A stretch of DNA of 63,388 nucleotides, filler included, from Octopus bimaculoides (GCF_001194135.2; 4 parts of 4 records of this genome joined end to end with filler, not necessarily neighbours in it); one strand, 5' to 3'. Shown: positions 51,205 to 62,285, counted from the whole stretch's first letter. Notes: generated by a model from the letters alone, not told the origin. A program made the numbers and translations.

Positions 51205-51960
51205 CCAACCAGGGTGGAAAAAAATTCAGAGAGCTGTTACAGCTGTTGGCTGTGAAAGTGAAAAGACGATTGTATGATGCATGTATATGGACAGCAATTC
51301 TACAAGGTAGTGAGATGTGGGCCCTGAATGCAGAGGACAAGTGAAGGTTAGAAAAGAATGAGGCTAGTTTGCTCCACTGGATGTGTAATGTAAGTGTACA
51401 TGTTCAACAAAGTGCTAGTGTTTTGAGAGAGAAGTTAGGCATAAGGGAAATTAGTTGCTGTGTGCATGCTGGTTTGGTCATGTGATGCAGATGGATGATG
51501 ACAGCTCCATAAAGAAATGCTGATCTTTCAAAGTAGGTGAAACACATGGGTGTGGAAGACCCAGGAAGACAAGGAATGAAATACTGAAGAACAACCTCGG
51601 GACGTTGAATCTTTTAGGTGAGATGACAGAGGACTGAGATACCTGGTGCCTTGGTGTACTCAAGAAGATCCGTACTCTGCAGTAGAAGTGTTAAGACCAG
51701 TCCCTCTGGTGGTGTAAATCACTCATGATAGTGCCACATAAGCATGCCCATGCAGTGCCACATAAAAGCACTCATGCATTGCCATGTAAAAGCACCCAGC
51801 ACACTTTGTAAAGTGATTGGCATTAGGAAGGGCATTCAGCTGTAGAAACCATGCCAAATTAGACTGGAGTCTGGTGCAGTTCCCCAGCTGCCAGCTCTGG
51901 TCAAACTGTCAAATTCAAGCTAGCATGAACAATGGACGTTAAATAATGATGATGATGATG
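51205..51960 (+). mobile_element. Older RTE 3' end: C-terminal ORF relic plus 3' UTR
   Basis: KKFRELLQLL...RLYDACIWTAILQGSEMW...LHWMCNV...WFGHVMQMDD...GRPRKT, then the tail ending (GAT)n. Confidence 0.85.
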
Positions 51961-52019
51961 GCATTTATCACGAATTAAGGGTAGCATAGAATTTCTATTA
52001 TTAATGCTATGGTTATTAT

Positions 52020-52565
52020 TGTTGGTCTCGGCTTGCGAAGACCTATTGGGGCAAGCGAAAGCGAAATCGTGATGGCACCTGTGCCCAGCATCGCCTNNNN
52101 NNNNNNNNNNNNNNNNNNNNNNNNNNNNNNNNNNNNNNNNNNNNNNNNNNNNNNNNNNNNNNNNNNNNNNNNNNNNNNNNNNNNNNNNNNNNNNNNNNNN
52201 NNNNNNNNNNNNNNNNNNNNNNNNNNNNNNNNNNNNNNNNNNNNNNNNNNNNNNNNNNNNNNNNNNNNNNNNNNNNNNNNNNNNNNNNNNNNNNNNNNNN
52301 NNNNNNNNNNNNNNNNNNNNNNNNNNNNNNNNNNNNNNNNNNNNNNNNNNNNNNNNNNNNNNNACTGGCCTTCGTGCCGGCGGCATGTAAAAGCACCCAC
52401 TACACTCTCGGAGTGGTTGGCAATAGGAAGGGCATCCAGCTGTAGAAAGTCTGCCAAATCAGATTGGAGCCTGGTGTAGCCATCTGGTTCACCAGTCCTC
52501 AGTCAAATCGTCCAACCCATGCTAGCATGGAAAGCGGATGTTAAACGACGATGATGATGATGATG
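52020..52565 (+). mobile_element. Young RTE 3' UTR/tail spanning a gap
   Basis: GCTTGCGAAGACCTATTGGGGCAAGCGAAAGCGAAATCG (as at 48.6 kb), gap, then the conserved tail. Confidence 0.85.
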
Positions 52566-52639
52566 GTGTAAAACGAAAGTTTTACATTTGGAATCAATGT
52601 CCTTGATACTGTGTCACAACCAAATTCTTTAGATGTTGA

Positions 52640-52985
52640 GGACCCTCCAAAAAGGGCAGATACCTGAACTAATACAACTCTTGTAGTTGCACCAATCTCA
52701 ATAAGGGACCTGTTAAGCCTGCTGGTGACAGTACTTAGGTCACCAATAACAACTGTGATTACTTTTGTAGAAACCCTCCACAGTTGTATTTCCATAACCA
52801 AATCCTGGTATTTTTCTGTTTTTTCCTGTTCTTTAACTGCTACAGTCATGTCTGCAGATATAGCCACATCTATGCTGGTGCACTTTGTTTACCCCCTTGG
52901 CAAGAACGCTGATATCTGGTTGTCTGGCATGAATTCCATAATGAATCTATACTTTAAAATCTCACAAAATCCTGTATTGGTTGTT
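52640..52985 (-). mobile_element. Restriction-like endonuclease fragment of an R4/Dong/NeSL-type non-LTR retrotransposon
   Basis: IL*DF...ARQPDI...IDVAISAD...KEQEKTEKYQDL...LWRVSTKVITVVIGDL...SALFG; PD-(D/E)xK RLE layout. Confidence 0.75.
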
Positions 52986-52991
52986 CTTATT

Positions 52992-54375
52992 AAGGCAGTG
53001 AGTTGGCAGCATCATTAGTGTGCCAGACAAAATCTTCAGCAGTATTTCTTCTAGCTCTTTACACTCTGATTTCAAATATTACCAAAGTCAACCTTATTTT
53101 TCATTCTTTTGGAATTGATAAAGTAAAGTGCAAGTCAAGTGCCAGAGTTGATGTAATCAGTTAACCTTCTCCAGCTAAAATTACTGGCGTTGAGCCAAAA
53201 TTTGAAACAATTATTATTTGAATGATTGTTAAAATATTTGCATCATCAACATCATTAATGTGGTCCATACAATTACATTGGTTACTGAGAGATCTATTGT
53301 TGTAACAACTGTTATTGACATTCATTAACTTAGGGTTTGTTGGAACTCCTGGAGTCTTGCATGTGTAGTTGGCTTGCTACTTGTGATCTTTAGTACCATG
53401 CTATCTGTTTCTTTTCAACTATCTAATACTATCTTGATGAATCTGACCATGCCAAGAAGGCTATTATTATTATCATTATTATCAAGGCAGCGAGCTGGCA
53501 GAATTGTTAGCATGCAGGGGAAGATGCTTAGTGGTATTTCATCTGTTTTCATGTTCTGAGTTCAAATTCTGCCAAGGTTGACTTCGCCTTTCATCCTTCT
53601 TAGGTCGATAAAATAAGTACGAGTTGAACACTAGGGTCAATATAATCAACTCATCCCTCCCCCAAAATTGCTGCCCTTGTGGAAAAATTTGAAATCATTA
53701 TTATTATTATTATTATTATTAAGGTGGTGAGCTGGCAGAATTATTAGCACACCAGGCAAAATGCTTAGTGGCATTTCGTCTGTCTTCACGTTCTATGTTC
53801 AAATTCTGCCTTTTATCCTTTCAGGGTTGATAAATTAAGTACCAGTGAAACACTGGGGTCAATGTAATCAACTAACCCTTCCCCTAAAATTTCAGGCCTT
53901 GTGCCTTTAGTAGAAAGGATTATTATTATTAAGACAGCGAGCTGCCAGTATTGTTAGCATGCTGGACGAAATGCTTAGCGGTATTTCGCCTGTCACTACA
54001 TTCTGACTTAAAATTCCACCGAGGTTGACTTTGCCTTTCATCCTTCTAAGGTCGATAAATTAAGTACCAGTGAAACACTGGGGTCGATGTAATCGACTTA
54101 ATACCCCCACAAGCTGCTTTTGTGGCAAAAATTTGAAATCATCATCATCATTATTATTCAGGCGGCAAGCTGGCAGAATTGTTAGTATGCTGGGCAAAAT
54201 GCTTAGCAGCATTTTGTCTGTCTTCATGTTCTAAGTCCAAATTCTGCTAAGGTTGACTTTGCCTTTCATCCTTTCGGGGTCGATAAATTAAATAGTAAAA
54301 CACTGGGGTTGATGTAATCAACTAGTCCCCTCCCCACAAAGTTCAGGCCTTGTGCCTTTAGTAGATAGGATTATT
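52992..54375 (+). mobile_element. Five head-to-tail SINE family A copies; the last four abut through (ATT)n tails
   Basis: Heads at about 52992, 53484, 53721, 53931 and 54160, each with the full core. Confidence 0.85.
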
Positions 54376-55164
54376 ATTATTATTATCTTTATTATTATCA
54401 TTATTATTATTTTTATTCAGCAGTTTTATCTTTGTGTGTTTCCACTGCACTACTGAGCACAGCTTTGTGTGCCTTGGGTTTGTTGTAGTGTTGCTATTTT
54501 TACTGTATTGAAAGTGCTCCAAGTAGGATGTGCTATTTTCTGTATGTTATATATATTCATAAGTTGTACCTCCCTCAATACTATTCTCCCTTCATTGAGG
54601 GGTCTTGTCTTGCAAGTTACTTGATGACCATACCAGTGCTGGTACCATGAAAAAAAGAACCTGTAAAGTGGTTGGCATTAGGATGGGCATCCAGCCATAG
54701 AAACCATGCCAAAACAGATAACAGAGCTTGGCACAGCTCTCTGGTTTGCCAGCTTTTGTCAAAACATCTAAGCCATGGAAAATGGACATTAAATGATGAT
54801 AATAATGACCACTCCCCACATGCCTATTTTCAAATATAGAAACACTTCTATAACTGCACATTCACAACTTTTCCCACTTCCTGTCTTAACTTCTTTCCAC
54901 AGAACTGCATTCTCATCTGGCTCCTGACCCTTTGCCCATTTTTTTCTGTCTCACTGACTATTTCTCTTTCTCACTCTTCCTATGTTTTTCTCCCTCTTCT
55001 AATGAAAGATTAACATCCAAAATGTCAAGTCTCTTTCTCTTTCCTCTAAAGTATTAAGGTAATGAAGCATTTGTTCCTCTTCTGTTTTATATTTTTCTTT
55101 CTTTTATTGTTCATTGCATTTATAACATATTTTTGATGCTTATGGGAACCACTTTATGTGTATG

Positions 55165-55690
55165 TATGCTGTTGCCAATACCGCCTGACTGGCCTTCGTA
55201 GGATTTTCGAGCGAGATCGTTGCCAGTGCCCCTGGACTGGCTCTTGTGCGGATGGCACATAAAATACACCATTTTGAGCGTGGCCGTTGCCAGTACCACC
55301 TGACTGGCCTTCGTGCGGGTGACACGTAAAAGCACCCACTACACTCTCTGAGTGGTTGGCGTTAGGAAGGGCATCCAGCTGTAGAAACTCTGCCAAATCA
55401 GATTGGAGCCTGGTGTTGCCATCCGGTTTCACCAGTCCTCAGTCAAATCGTCCAACCCATGCTAGCATGGAAAGCGGACGTTAAACGGTGATGATGATGA
55501 TGATATCCTTATCATCATCATTTAATGTCCGTTTTTCCATGCTGACATGGGTTGGCTAGTTTGACAGGAGCTGGCCAGTTGAAGAGCTGTGTGAGCTCCA
55601 TGTCTGTTTTGGCATGGTCTCTATAGCTTGATGCCCTTTCTAATGCCAACCACTTTACAGCAGGTTCTGTGTGCTTTTACACAGCACTGG
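55165..55690. mobile_element. Young RTE tail (plus, 55165-55505) tail-to-tail with an older RTE tail (minus, 55510-55690)
   Basis: (GAT)n ATCCTT (ATC)n junction with complementary tails. Confidence 0.85.
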
Positions 55691-55802
55691 CACCAGTACC
55701 CAAAGTGTTGTAAATTATATAAAGATTTATTTTACATAGCGCAAACATTATCTAATATATAACTAAATACGTTCTTCATTGAAATATGTTTATTATGTCA
55801 AA

Positions 55803-55882
55803 AGCTGATAGTCTACTCTGTGTTTCACCCTTGGCTGTTCAAGTGAACAACCAAAGACAAAATGCAAAGTAGACTATCAACT
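55803..55882. repeat. Near-perfect 80-nt palindrome (36-bp arms, 2-nt loop)
   Basis: 55806-55841 versus the reverse complement of 55844-55879: 28 of 36 identical, all 8 differences are transitions. Confidence 0.85.
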
Positions 55883-56194
55883 GCCCACATAAAATACAGT
55901 TTGACTTTAATAATGTGCAATTTTGGGGTATTAAAAGTATATGGACTTTTTTTTTTTTAAAATCAGTTTAGATCACCTGTCTATTTTATCAGTTCTGGAG
56001 AGATGAGAGGCACAGCCAACCTTGGTGGAATTTGAATTGAAATTGGAATGGAAGGACGAGATATACATACTACTTTAATTATGCTGGAAAAAAAACATCC
56101 CCAGAAAATATATCCATGCAAATAGGCAAAAATGTCTCAACCAACCAAATATTTTTTTTTTTTTCAATAGGAACATCAATGAGAAAAATCTTAC

Positions 56195-56261
56195 CGATTC
56201 AAATTTTTTCCCAAGTTCACGTTCGTCTTCATTTCTGACCATCTCAAAGAAATCAAGATGT
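56195..56261 (-). CDS. DAAM: DAAM formin exon (FH3 region), 67 bp
   Basis: ttttcag|A CAT CTT... = (R)HLDFFEMVRNEDERELGKKFES|gtaag; recalled human DAAM1 RHLDFFEMLRNEDELEFAKRFE. Confidence 0.92.
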
Positions 56262-57185
56262 CTGAAAATTGAAATAAAAAATGTTAATAAAATGAACACT
56301 GTTTTCTGATATTGGCACAATATTGCAAACTTGCAGAGAAGGGCTACAGTTGAAGGAACCAATTCCAGAATATTACCAATGGTACTTTTTTTGGTCCCAG
56401 AGATATGAAAGATGAAATGGAATTTAAACTTAGATCATGAAGAAACATAATTAAATATCACAAGATCCAATATTCAATTAATTCTGCCACTACCTGAATA
56501 AAAAATAATAATAAACTTTAGTACTGCCAGTCACAAACAAAAGGCAAGGTGTCTCCTTGGTCTGTATGTTCATGGAAGGTTTGGATCATCACATCTCTTC
56601 AGCTCAGAATGCTCTCACTGCATATGCTTTTCTTCTTTACAATTTTGAGTAACAGTTTGACTCACCTGCTTATTTGATTAATTAGCACTTTTTGCTAAAA
56701 GCAAGCTGTATGTAATTGGTAGGTCACTCAGCTTGTCATTCTTGATGGTCATGAACCCATCAGGTTATGGAGCAACACTGTGCTACTTTCTGGCTCTCAG
56801 TTACTTGAATTGTTTCCATGCATATATCTTTTAGTGAGCCTACTTTGACCCATTTTAATGACTAATCATTCTAAATCAATAACCTAAAAGATTCTCTGAG
56901 ACTTTAAATTGAAACTCCCTCATTCTTCATATTTTCCTCTCAATCATTAACCTTTGTCACTTTTTGATGCCTTTAACTCAACCATTTTCACAAATAAACA
57001 TTATCCAATTAATGTAACTCCCTTGCATTCACTGATAATATTATAATGACATACACTGTTATACATTCCAAATATATAAATTTCCCATGTGAAAGGTAAT
57101 CTGAGAATTTAGATAAATATTAGTTTGCTACTCCATTCATCATTTCATCTGATCACATTAGTAAGAATATAGTCACTAATTTTAC

Positions 57186-57289
57186 CTGTCAAGGACTGCA
57201 TTTTCATGAGAGCGAAGTTTATCAATAATGGGTTGAATACCAAGCATCAAGAATTCATATCGAAGATGAAGTCGGAATTCAAGTTGAGT
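57186..57289 (-). CDS. DAAM: DAAM formin exon (FH3 region), 104 bp
   Basis: ttttgaag|[34 protein letters not shown](R)|gtaaa; recalled human [35 protein letters not shown]. Confidence 0.95.
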
Positions 57290-57480
57290 CTTCAAAAAAG
57301 AAAAAGCAAATAAGAAAGAATTAAGCTGAAGTTTATAGACAGATAAGAATAATAATGTTGTTGTACTTGGGGATGGTCATATTGCCAGTTTAGCCAATAA
57401 AAACACAATAGGAATACAAAATACAAAATGGCTGATAATTAGCAAGGTGAGACACACATAAGAAAGAAGAAAGCAAAGGA

Positions 57481-57520
57481 CCACTGATGAGGTCACAGAA
57501 GTGTGACGAAAGAACTCTGG
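57481..57520 (+). ncRNA. Degenerate minimal type-I hammerhead motif in a DAAM intron, antisense to DAAM
   Basis: CCA-CUGAUGA-G GUCAC(AGAAGU)GUGAC-GAAAG AA CUC-UGG; stem I CCA/UGG, 5-bp stem II. Confidence 0.5.
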
Positions 57521-57775
57521 CCGAAATAGGATTAATGTAAAATAATAAATAAATAATTCAATTTAGGAGTTACTAAACTAGAACCAGTGGAACTGCTAAC
57601 TTGGTACTAGTAAGAAATTAAGCCTCATTTTTTCTAAAATTTAAACTATTTTCTAGATATTAGCTAAAATACGTTATTCATCAGTGATATTTATTTGAAA
57701 ATATTTTTCCACAAATATCTTAAAAGCTTTAAATGTAATTCTTCATGTAGAATTTTTAATGAGACTATATTTTAC

Positions 57776-57886
57776 CTGTCCAGCACCATAATTCAATATA
57801 GCATTTATAAATGACATGATGGCAGTTTTCAATCCAACCTCTTCCTTGTATACACCGGTACTTCGATCCAAGTCATAGATTATAGT
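57776..57886 (-). CDS. DAAM: DAAM formin exon (GBD/FH3 region), 111 bp
   Basis: tttctttctatag|[37 protein letters not shown]|gtaaa; recalled human [37 protein letters not shown]. Phases match the next two exons. Confidence 0.95.
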
Positions 57887-57909
57887 CTATAGAAAGAAAG
57901 AAATGTTTT

Positions 57910-57964
<55 letters not shown>

Positions 57965-58739
57965 NNNNNNNNNNNNNNNNNNNNNNNNNNNNNNNNNNNN
58001 NNNNNNNNNNNNNNNNNNNNNNNNNNNNNNNNNNNNNNNNNNNNNNNNNNNNNNNNNNNNNNNNNNNNNNNNNNNNNNNNNNNNNNNNNNNNNNNNNNNN
58101 NNNNNNNNNNNNNNNNNNNNNNNNNNNNNNNNNNNNNNNNNNNNNNNNNNNNNNNNNNNNNNNNNNNNNNNNNNNNNNNNNNNNNNNNNNNNNNNNNNNN
58201 NNNNNNNNNNNNNNNNNNNNNNNNNNNNNNNNNNNNNNNNNNNNNNNNNNNNNNNNNNNNNNNNNNNNNNNNNNNNNNNNNNNNNNNNNNNNNNNNNNNN
58301 NNNNNNNNNNNNNNNNNNNNNNNNNNNNNNNNNNNNNNNNNNNNNNNNNNNNNNNNNNNNNNNNNNNNNNNNNNNNNNNNNNNNNNNNNNNNNNNNNNNN
58401 NNNNNNNNNNNNNNNNNNNNNNNNNNNNNNNNNNNNNNNNNNNNNNNNNNNNNNNNNNNNNNNNNNNNNNNNNNNNNNNNNNNNNNNNNNNNNNNNNNNN
58501 NNNNNNNNNNNNNNNNNNNNNNNNNNNNNNNNNNNNNNNNNNNNNNNNNNNNNNNNNNNNNNNNNNNNNNNNNNNNNNNNNNNNNNNNNNNNNNNNNNNN
58601 NNNNNNNNNNNNNNNNNNNNNNNNNNNNNNNNNNNNNNNNNNNNNNNNNNNNNNNNNNNNNNNNNNNNNNNNNNNNNNNNNNNNNNNNNNNNNNNNNNNN
58701 NNNNNNNNNNNNNNNNNNNNNNNNNNNNNNNNNNNNNNA

Positions 58740-58859
58740 GCAACACTATTAATAAATAAAAAAAAACATAAAAATAAACAAGCTTTTGATGATTTTATAG
58801 ATATTTCAAAATTATGATGCTATGATGCTAGGTGTTTCCATTATTTTGTCCAACCCCTG
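58740..58859. mobile_element. Right terminus of a Tc1-type element; left end in the gap
   Basis: GTTTCCATTATTTTGTCCAACCCCTG followed by TA, the reverse complement of a Tc1-like TIR. Confidence 0.6.
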
Positions 58860-58901
<42 letters not shown>

Positions 58902-59018
58902 AATTCAATAATAGGATGAATTCTTTTACAAGAATTTATCAAGTAGCTAGCGTGAAAAAAACCTCATAAGGGGAAAAAAATCCATCATTCATTCCCAAAA
59001 TATATATTTATTTATATA

Positions 59019-59431
59019 AGGGCATTACTATACAATAATGCCTCATGCTATGAGGGACTCTAAGGACAGACTACCATAAAAAACATATTTTTACCGAATG
59101 CGAGGAAATGCAACTCTCAAAGCCAGCCCCTTAAAAACACTTACATAGGTAAATAGCGATGGACAGTCTTCTATGTACTATATTGGATACACGGTGTTCA
59201 TTTGGTATGTTGATTTTCTGTTTACCTATATTTATGTTGACCATATTATACTGACGAGTAGAGGTTGTATAATACTACAATAACTACGAAATCATGATCT
59301 GCACTTCAGTCTGTTTTTAAGGGGCTGGCTTTGAGAGTTGCATTTCCTCGCATTCGGGTAAAAATGTTTTTTATGGTAGTCTGACCTTAGAGTCCCTCAT
59401 AGCATGAGGCATTATTGTATAGTAATGCCCT
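59019..59431. mobile_element. 413-bp element with about 120-bp inverted arms and a hammerhead core in the spacer
   Basis: 59019-59139 is the reverse complement of 59312-59431 with very few differences; TATA on both flanks. Confidence 0.85.
59249..59301 (+). ncRNA. Minimal type-I hammerhead ribozyme motif
   Basis: CUGACGA(59251-57)-GUAG..UUGUA(UAAUAC)UACAA..CUAC-GAAA(59288-91)-U CAUG A-UC. G10.1-C11.1 pair intact, palindromic stem III, AUC triplet (cleavage after 59299); stem I only 2 bp. Confidence 0.6.
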
Positions 59432-59439
59432 TATATATA

Positions 59440-59728
59440 TATATATATATATATATGCATGTCTATACATATATACATACATACATGCATATTTATACAT
59501 ATATACATACATGCATATGTATATATATCTATACATGCATATGTATATATATCTATACATGCATATGTATACATATCTATACATGCATATGTATACATAC
59601 ATACATGCATATGTATACATACATACATATGTATACATACATACATGCATATGTATACATACATACATGCATATGTATACATACATACATGCATATGTAT
59701 ACATACATACATGCATATGTATACATAC
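59440..59728. repeat. 18-bp minisatellite (ATACATACATGCATATGT)n derived from a microsatellite
   Basis: Direct inspection; runs into the linker gap. Confidence 0.9.
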
Positions 59729-59887
59729 NNNNNNNNNNNNNNNNNNNNNNNNNNNNNNNNNNNNNNNNNNNNTTAATTAATTAANNNNNNNNNNNNNNNN
59801 NNNNNNNNNNNNNNNNNNNNNNNNNNNNTATATATATATATATATATATATAAAGAGAGAGAGAGAGAGTGAGAGAGAGAGAGAGAT

Positions 59888-59928
<41 letters not shown>

Positions 59929-60264
59929 ATCATAAGATTATACATTCATATACATAGATGCAAGCAATATGTATATAGATATATAATATGTACGTGTGTA
60001 TAAATAAAGAGAGAATGCGTGTGTGCGTGTGTGTGCGCGTGAGAAAGCGCGGAAGAGATATATATAGAGTGAAATAGAGATAAAGAGACAGAGGAGGGAA
60101 TTATACAGGGAGCCACATATTACTCATGTAATCGTATGGGTTAATGTAATTAGATTCACGTTGCCATTAAAGACTAAATTTATACACACTTCGATCACAA
60201 GAAACTGTAATAACTCGACTTCAAATCCATTCATGTAATTGTATTTTATATATATATATATGCG

Positions 60265-60930
60265 TGAGATTGGATTTTATCCAACCGTCTTGTTCTTGAC
60301 CTACCTCTAGGTTTCCTGCTGGTTGGCTCGGCTTCAAAAATCCGTCTTGCTATTCTTTCCTGCGAAATTTTCAATCTTATGTTCGTAGCAGCGGAGTTGT
60401 GACCTCCCAACACAGAAAAGCAGCGGCTCGTCGTGGAAAGACACCCTCATCTAACAACGCTCCCTGTTGCGTAACATTACTCCAGAAAACCCTCGGAAGA
60501 ACCACGCTTCAACTGTTTCTATTCACGATCGTGCTCTTTCGGCCATTGTCCAACACTCATGACCATGGTAAGGAGGTGCAGGCGCATGGCTTAGCGGTTA
60601 GGTTGTTGGACTCATGATCGTAAGATTGTGGTTTCGATTTCTGAACCGAGCGATGCGTTGTGTTCTTGAGCAAAACACTTCATTACGCGTTGCTCCAGTT
60701 CACTCAGCTGGCAAAAATGAGTAACCCTGCGACGGACTGGCGTCCCGTCCAGGTGGGGAATATATATGCCATGTGACTGGGAAACTGATCCTTATGAGAC
60801 CGTATTATTCGAGAAGGTAGCCTTTTTTTTTATTACCTGACTTCCAACACTCATGAATACGATCCAGAGATATCTAATCTTCTCCACTTGCTTCAGTGAT
60901 ATTCCTCTAACATGCAGACAGCATGTTCTT
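60265..60930 (-). mobile_element. Relic of a second RTE family (C-terminal ORF), interrupted by a SINE D copy (60581-60800, plus)
   Basis: LKQVEKIRYLWIVF ... GHECWTMAERARS*IETVE...EPLLFCVGRSQLR...RIARRIFEAEP..RKPRGR. Confidence 0.75.
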
Positions 60931-61759
60931 AATTGGAATTTAATTGTTTTTTTTATATCCCCCCCCCCCTACAAAAAAATCTGCACACAGAATTCAGTAT
61001 ATTAACCTGTTAAGTCAAATTTATTAACCCATCTGAATTATTTCATTATCTGTTTTGTTTAAATTATTTTTGTCTAGTTAAATAAATAATTAAATGGATA
61101 AAAATAAAAAATATAAAATCAAATGTGACCGCCAACACTTTTTTCTGCAAATTAGGGGTAGCTTATTCTGTTCAAGCTATATTATTAGCATTATACTGCG
61201 TTTGAGAATTTAAAAATCACTTCTTTAACTTTCTAAGACATCTCAACGGTTCTAAAGGCAAACTTCGTTTGTTTGTTTACGTTTATCGTAATTTGAATTT
61301 TAAAAAATAGATAAATAAAATAATATTTTAACAGAGACAGTCAAAGGTTGTTTAAAAACATCCCAAGAAATATTTCGATCTTTTTTTTTTGTGGGGGGGG
61401 ATATTATTCTAGAAAATATCAGAGATGGAAAATAGTGGAAAATATGTACATTGTAAGAATTTTATGTCCAGCCATGTCAGTTTGTTTTATGTATCAACAT
61501 GAGAAGCTGTGTAATACTCAAAACACAAACATGAAGGAATCATCGAAAGAATGAATTTCTGTATTTCTAAAATTTTTTTATCATGTATTTTTATTTGTTT
61601 GTTTATTTTACCACTTAAAGATAAGAGTTGGCGTTATTTGGAGGGTAAAATGTTAAATCTATCATCATACCAGAGATGTCTTGTACAGTTGTTGGCAATT
61701 GTCAAAACAGAAATATTAAAGACCACCATGAAAGTCTATTATCATGGATACGAGCCAGC

Positions 61760-62285
61760 GGCAGAACCTCTACAAGGTCACTAGACCTACTAGAAATAAC
61801 AACCAATTCGCTTTCTTGTTACGTCTTGCTGTCTTCTTCGAGCCAACGGATGAACCGCTAGAATGTTTCTAGACCTACTAGAAATGACAACCAAATCACC
61901 TTTATATTACACCTTACTGTCTTCGAGACGACGAGTGGAACCTCCACAAGGTCACTATACCAGAGAAAGATTGCAACCAAATCACCCTCATATACCTTAG
62001 TGTCTTTGAGTTAACGGGGGATCCTCTTGAATGTTACCAGACCTACAAGAAATGATAACCAAATGCCCCTCATTTTATTCGCCGCTGTCACCAAGTCAAC
62101 GGGCGAACCTCTACCAATATCACTAAACCTACTAAAAATAGCAAACAGATCACCCTCGTTTTATATGTTGCTGTCTTTCAAGGCAACTGGAAGTGTGTGT
62201 GTGTGTGTGTGTGGGGGGGTTACCTCAGCAAGGTCACTAGTCCTACAAAAAATAGCCACCAAATCTCACCTTCGTTTTAAGAGTT
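61760..62285. repeat. Degenerate tandem array of about 86-bp units, six copies
   Basis: CT(A/G)GACCTAC(T/A)AGAAAT..CAACCAAAT..CC at about 61781, 61869, 61955, 62038, 62123 and 62237. Confidence 0.7.

Noticed and set aside
60549-60856. 14-bp direct repeat TCCAACACTCATGA as the TSD of the SINE D insertion
   Set aside because: The copies do not abut the SINE ends and correspond to two different RTE coding motifs (GHECW and FMSVG).
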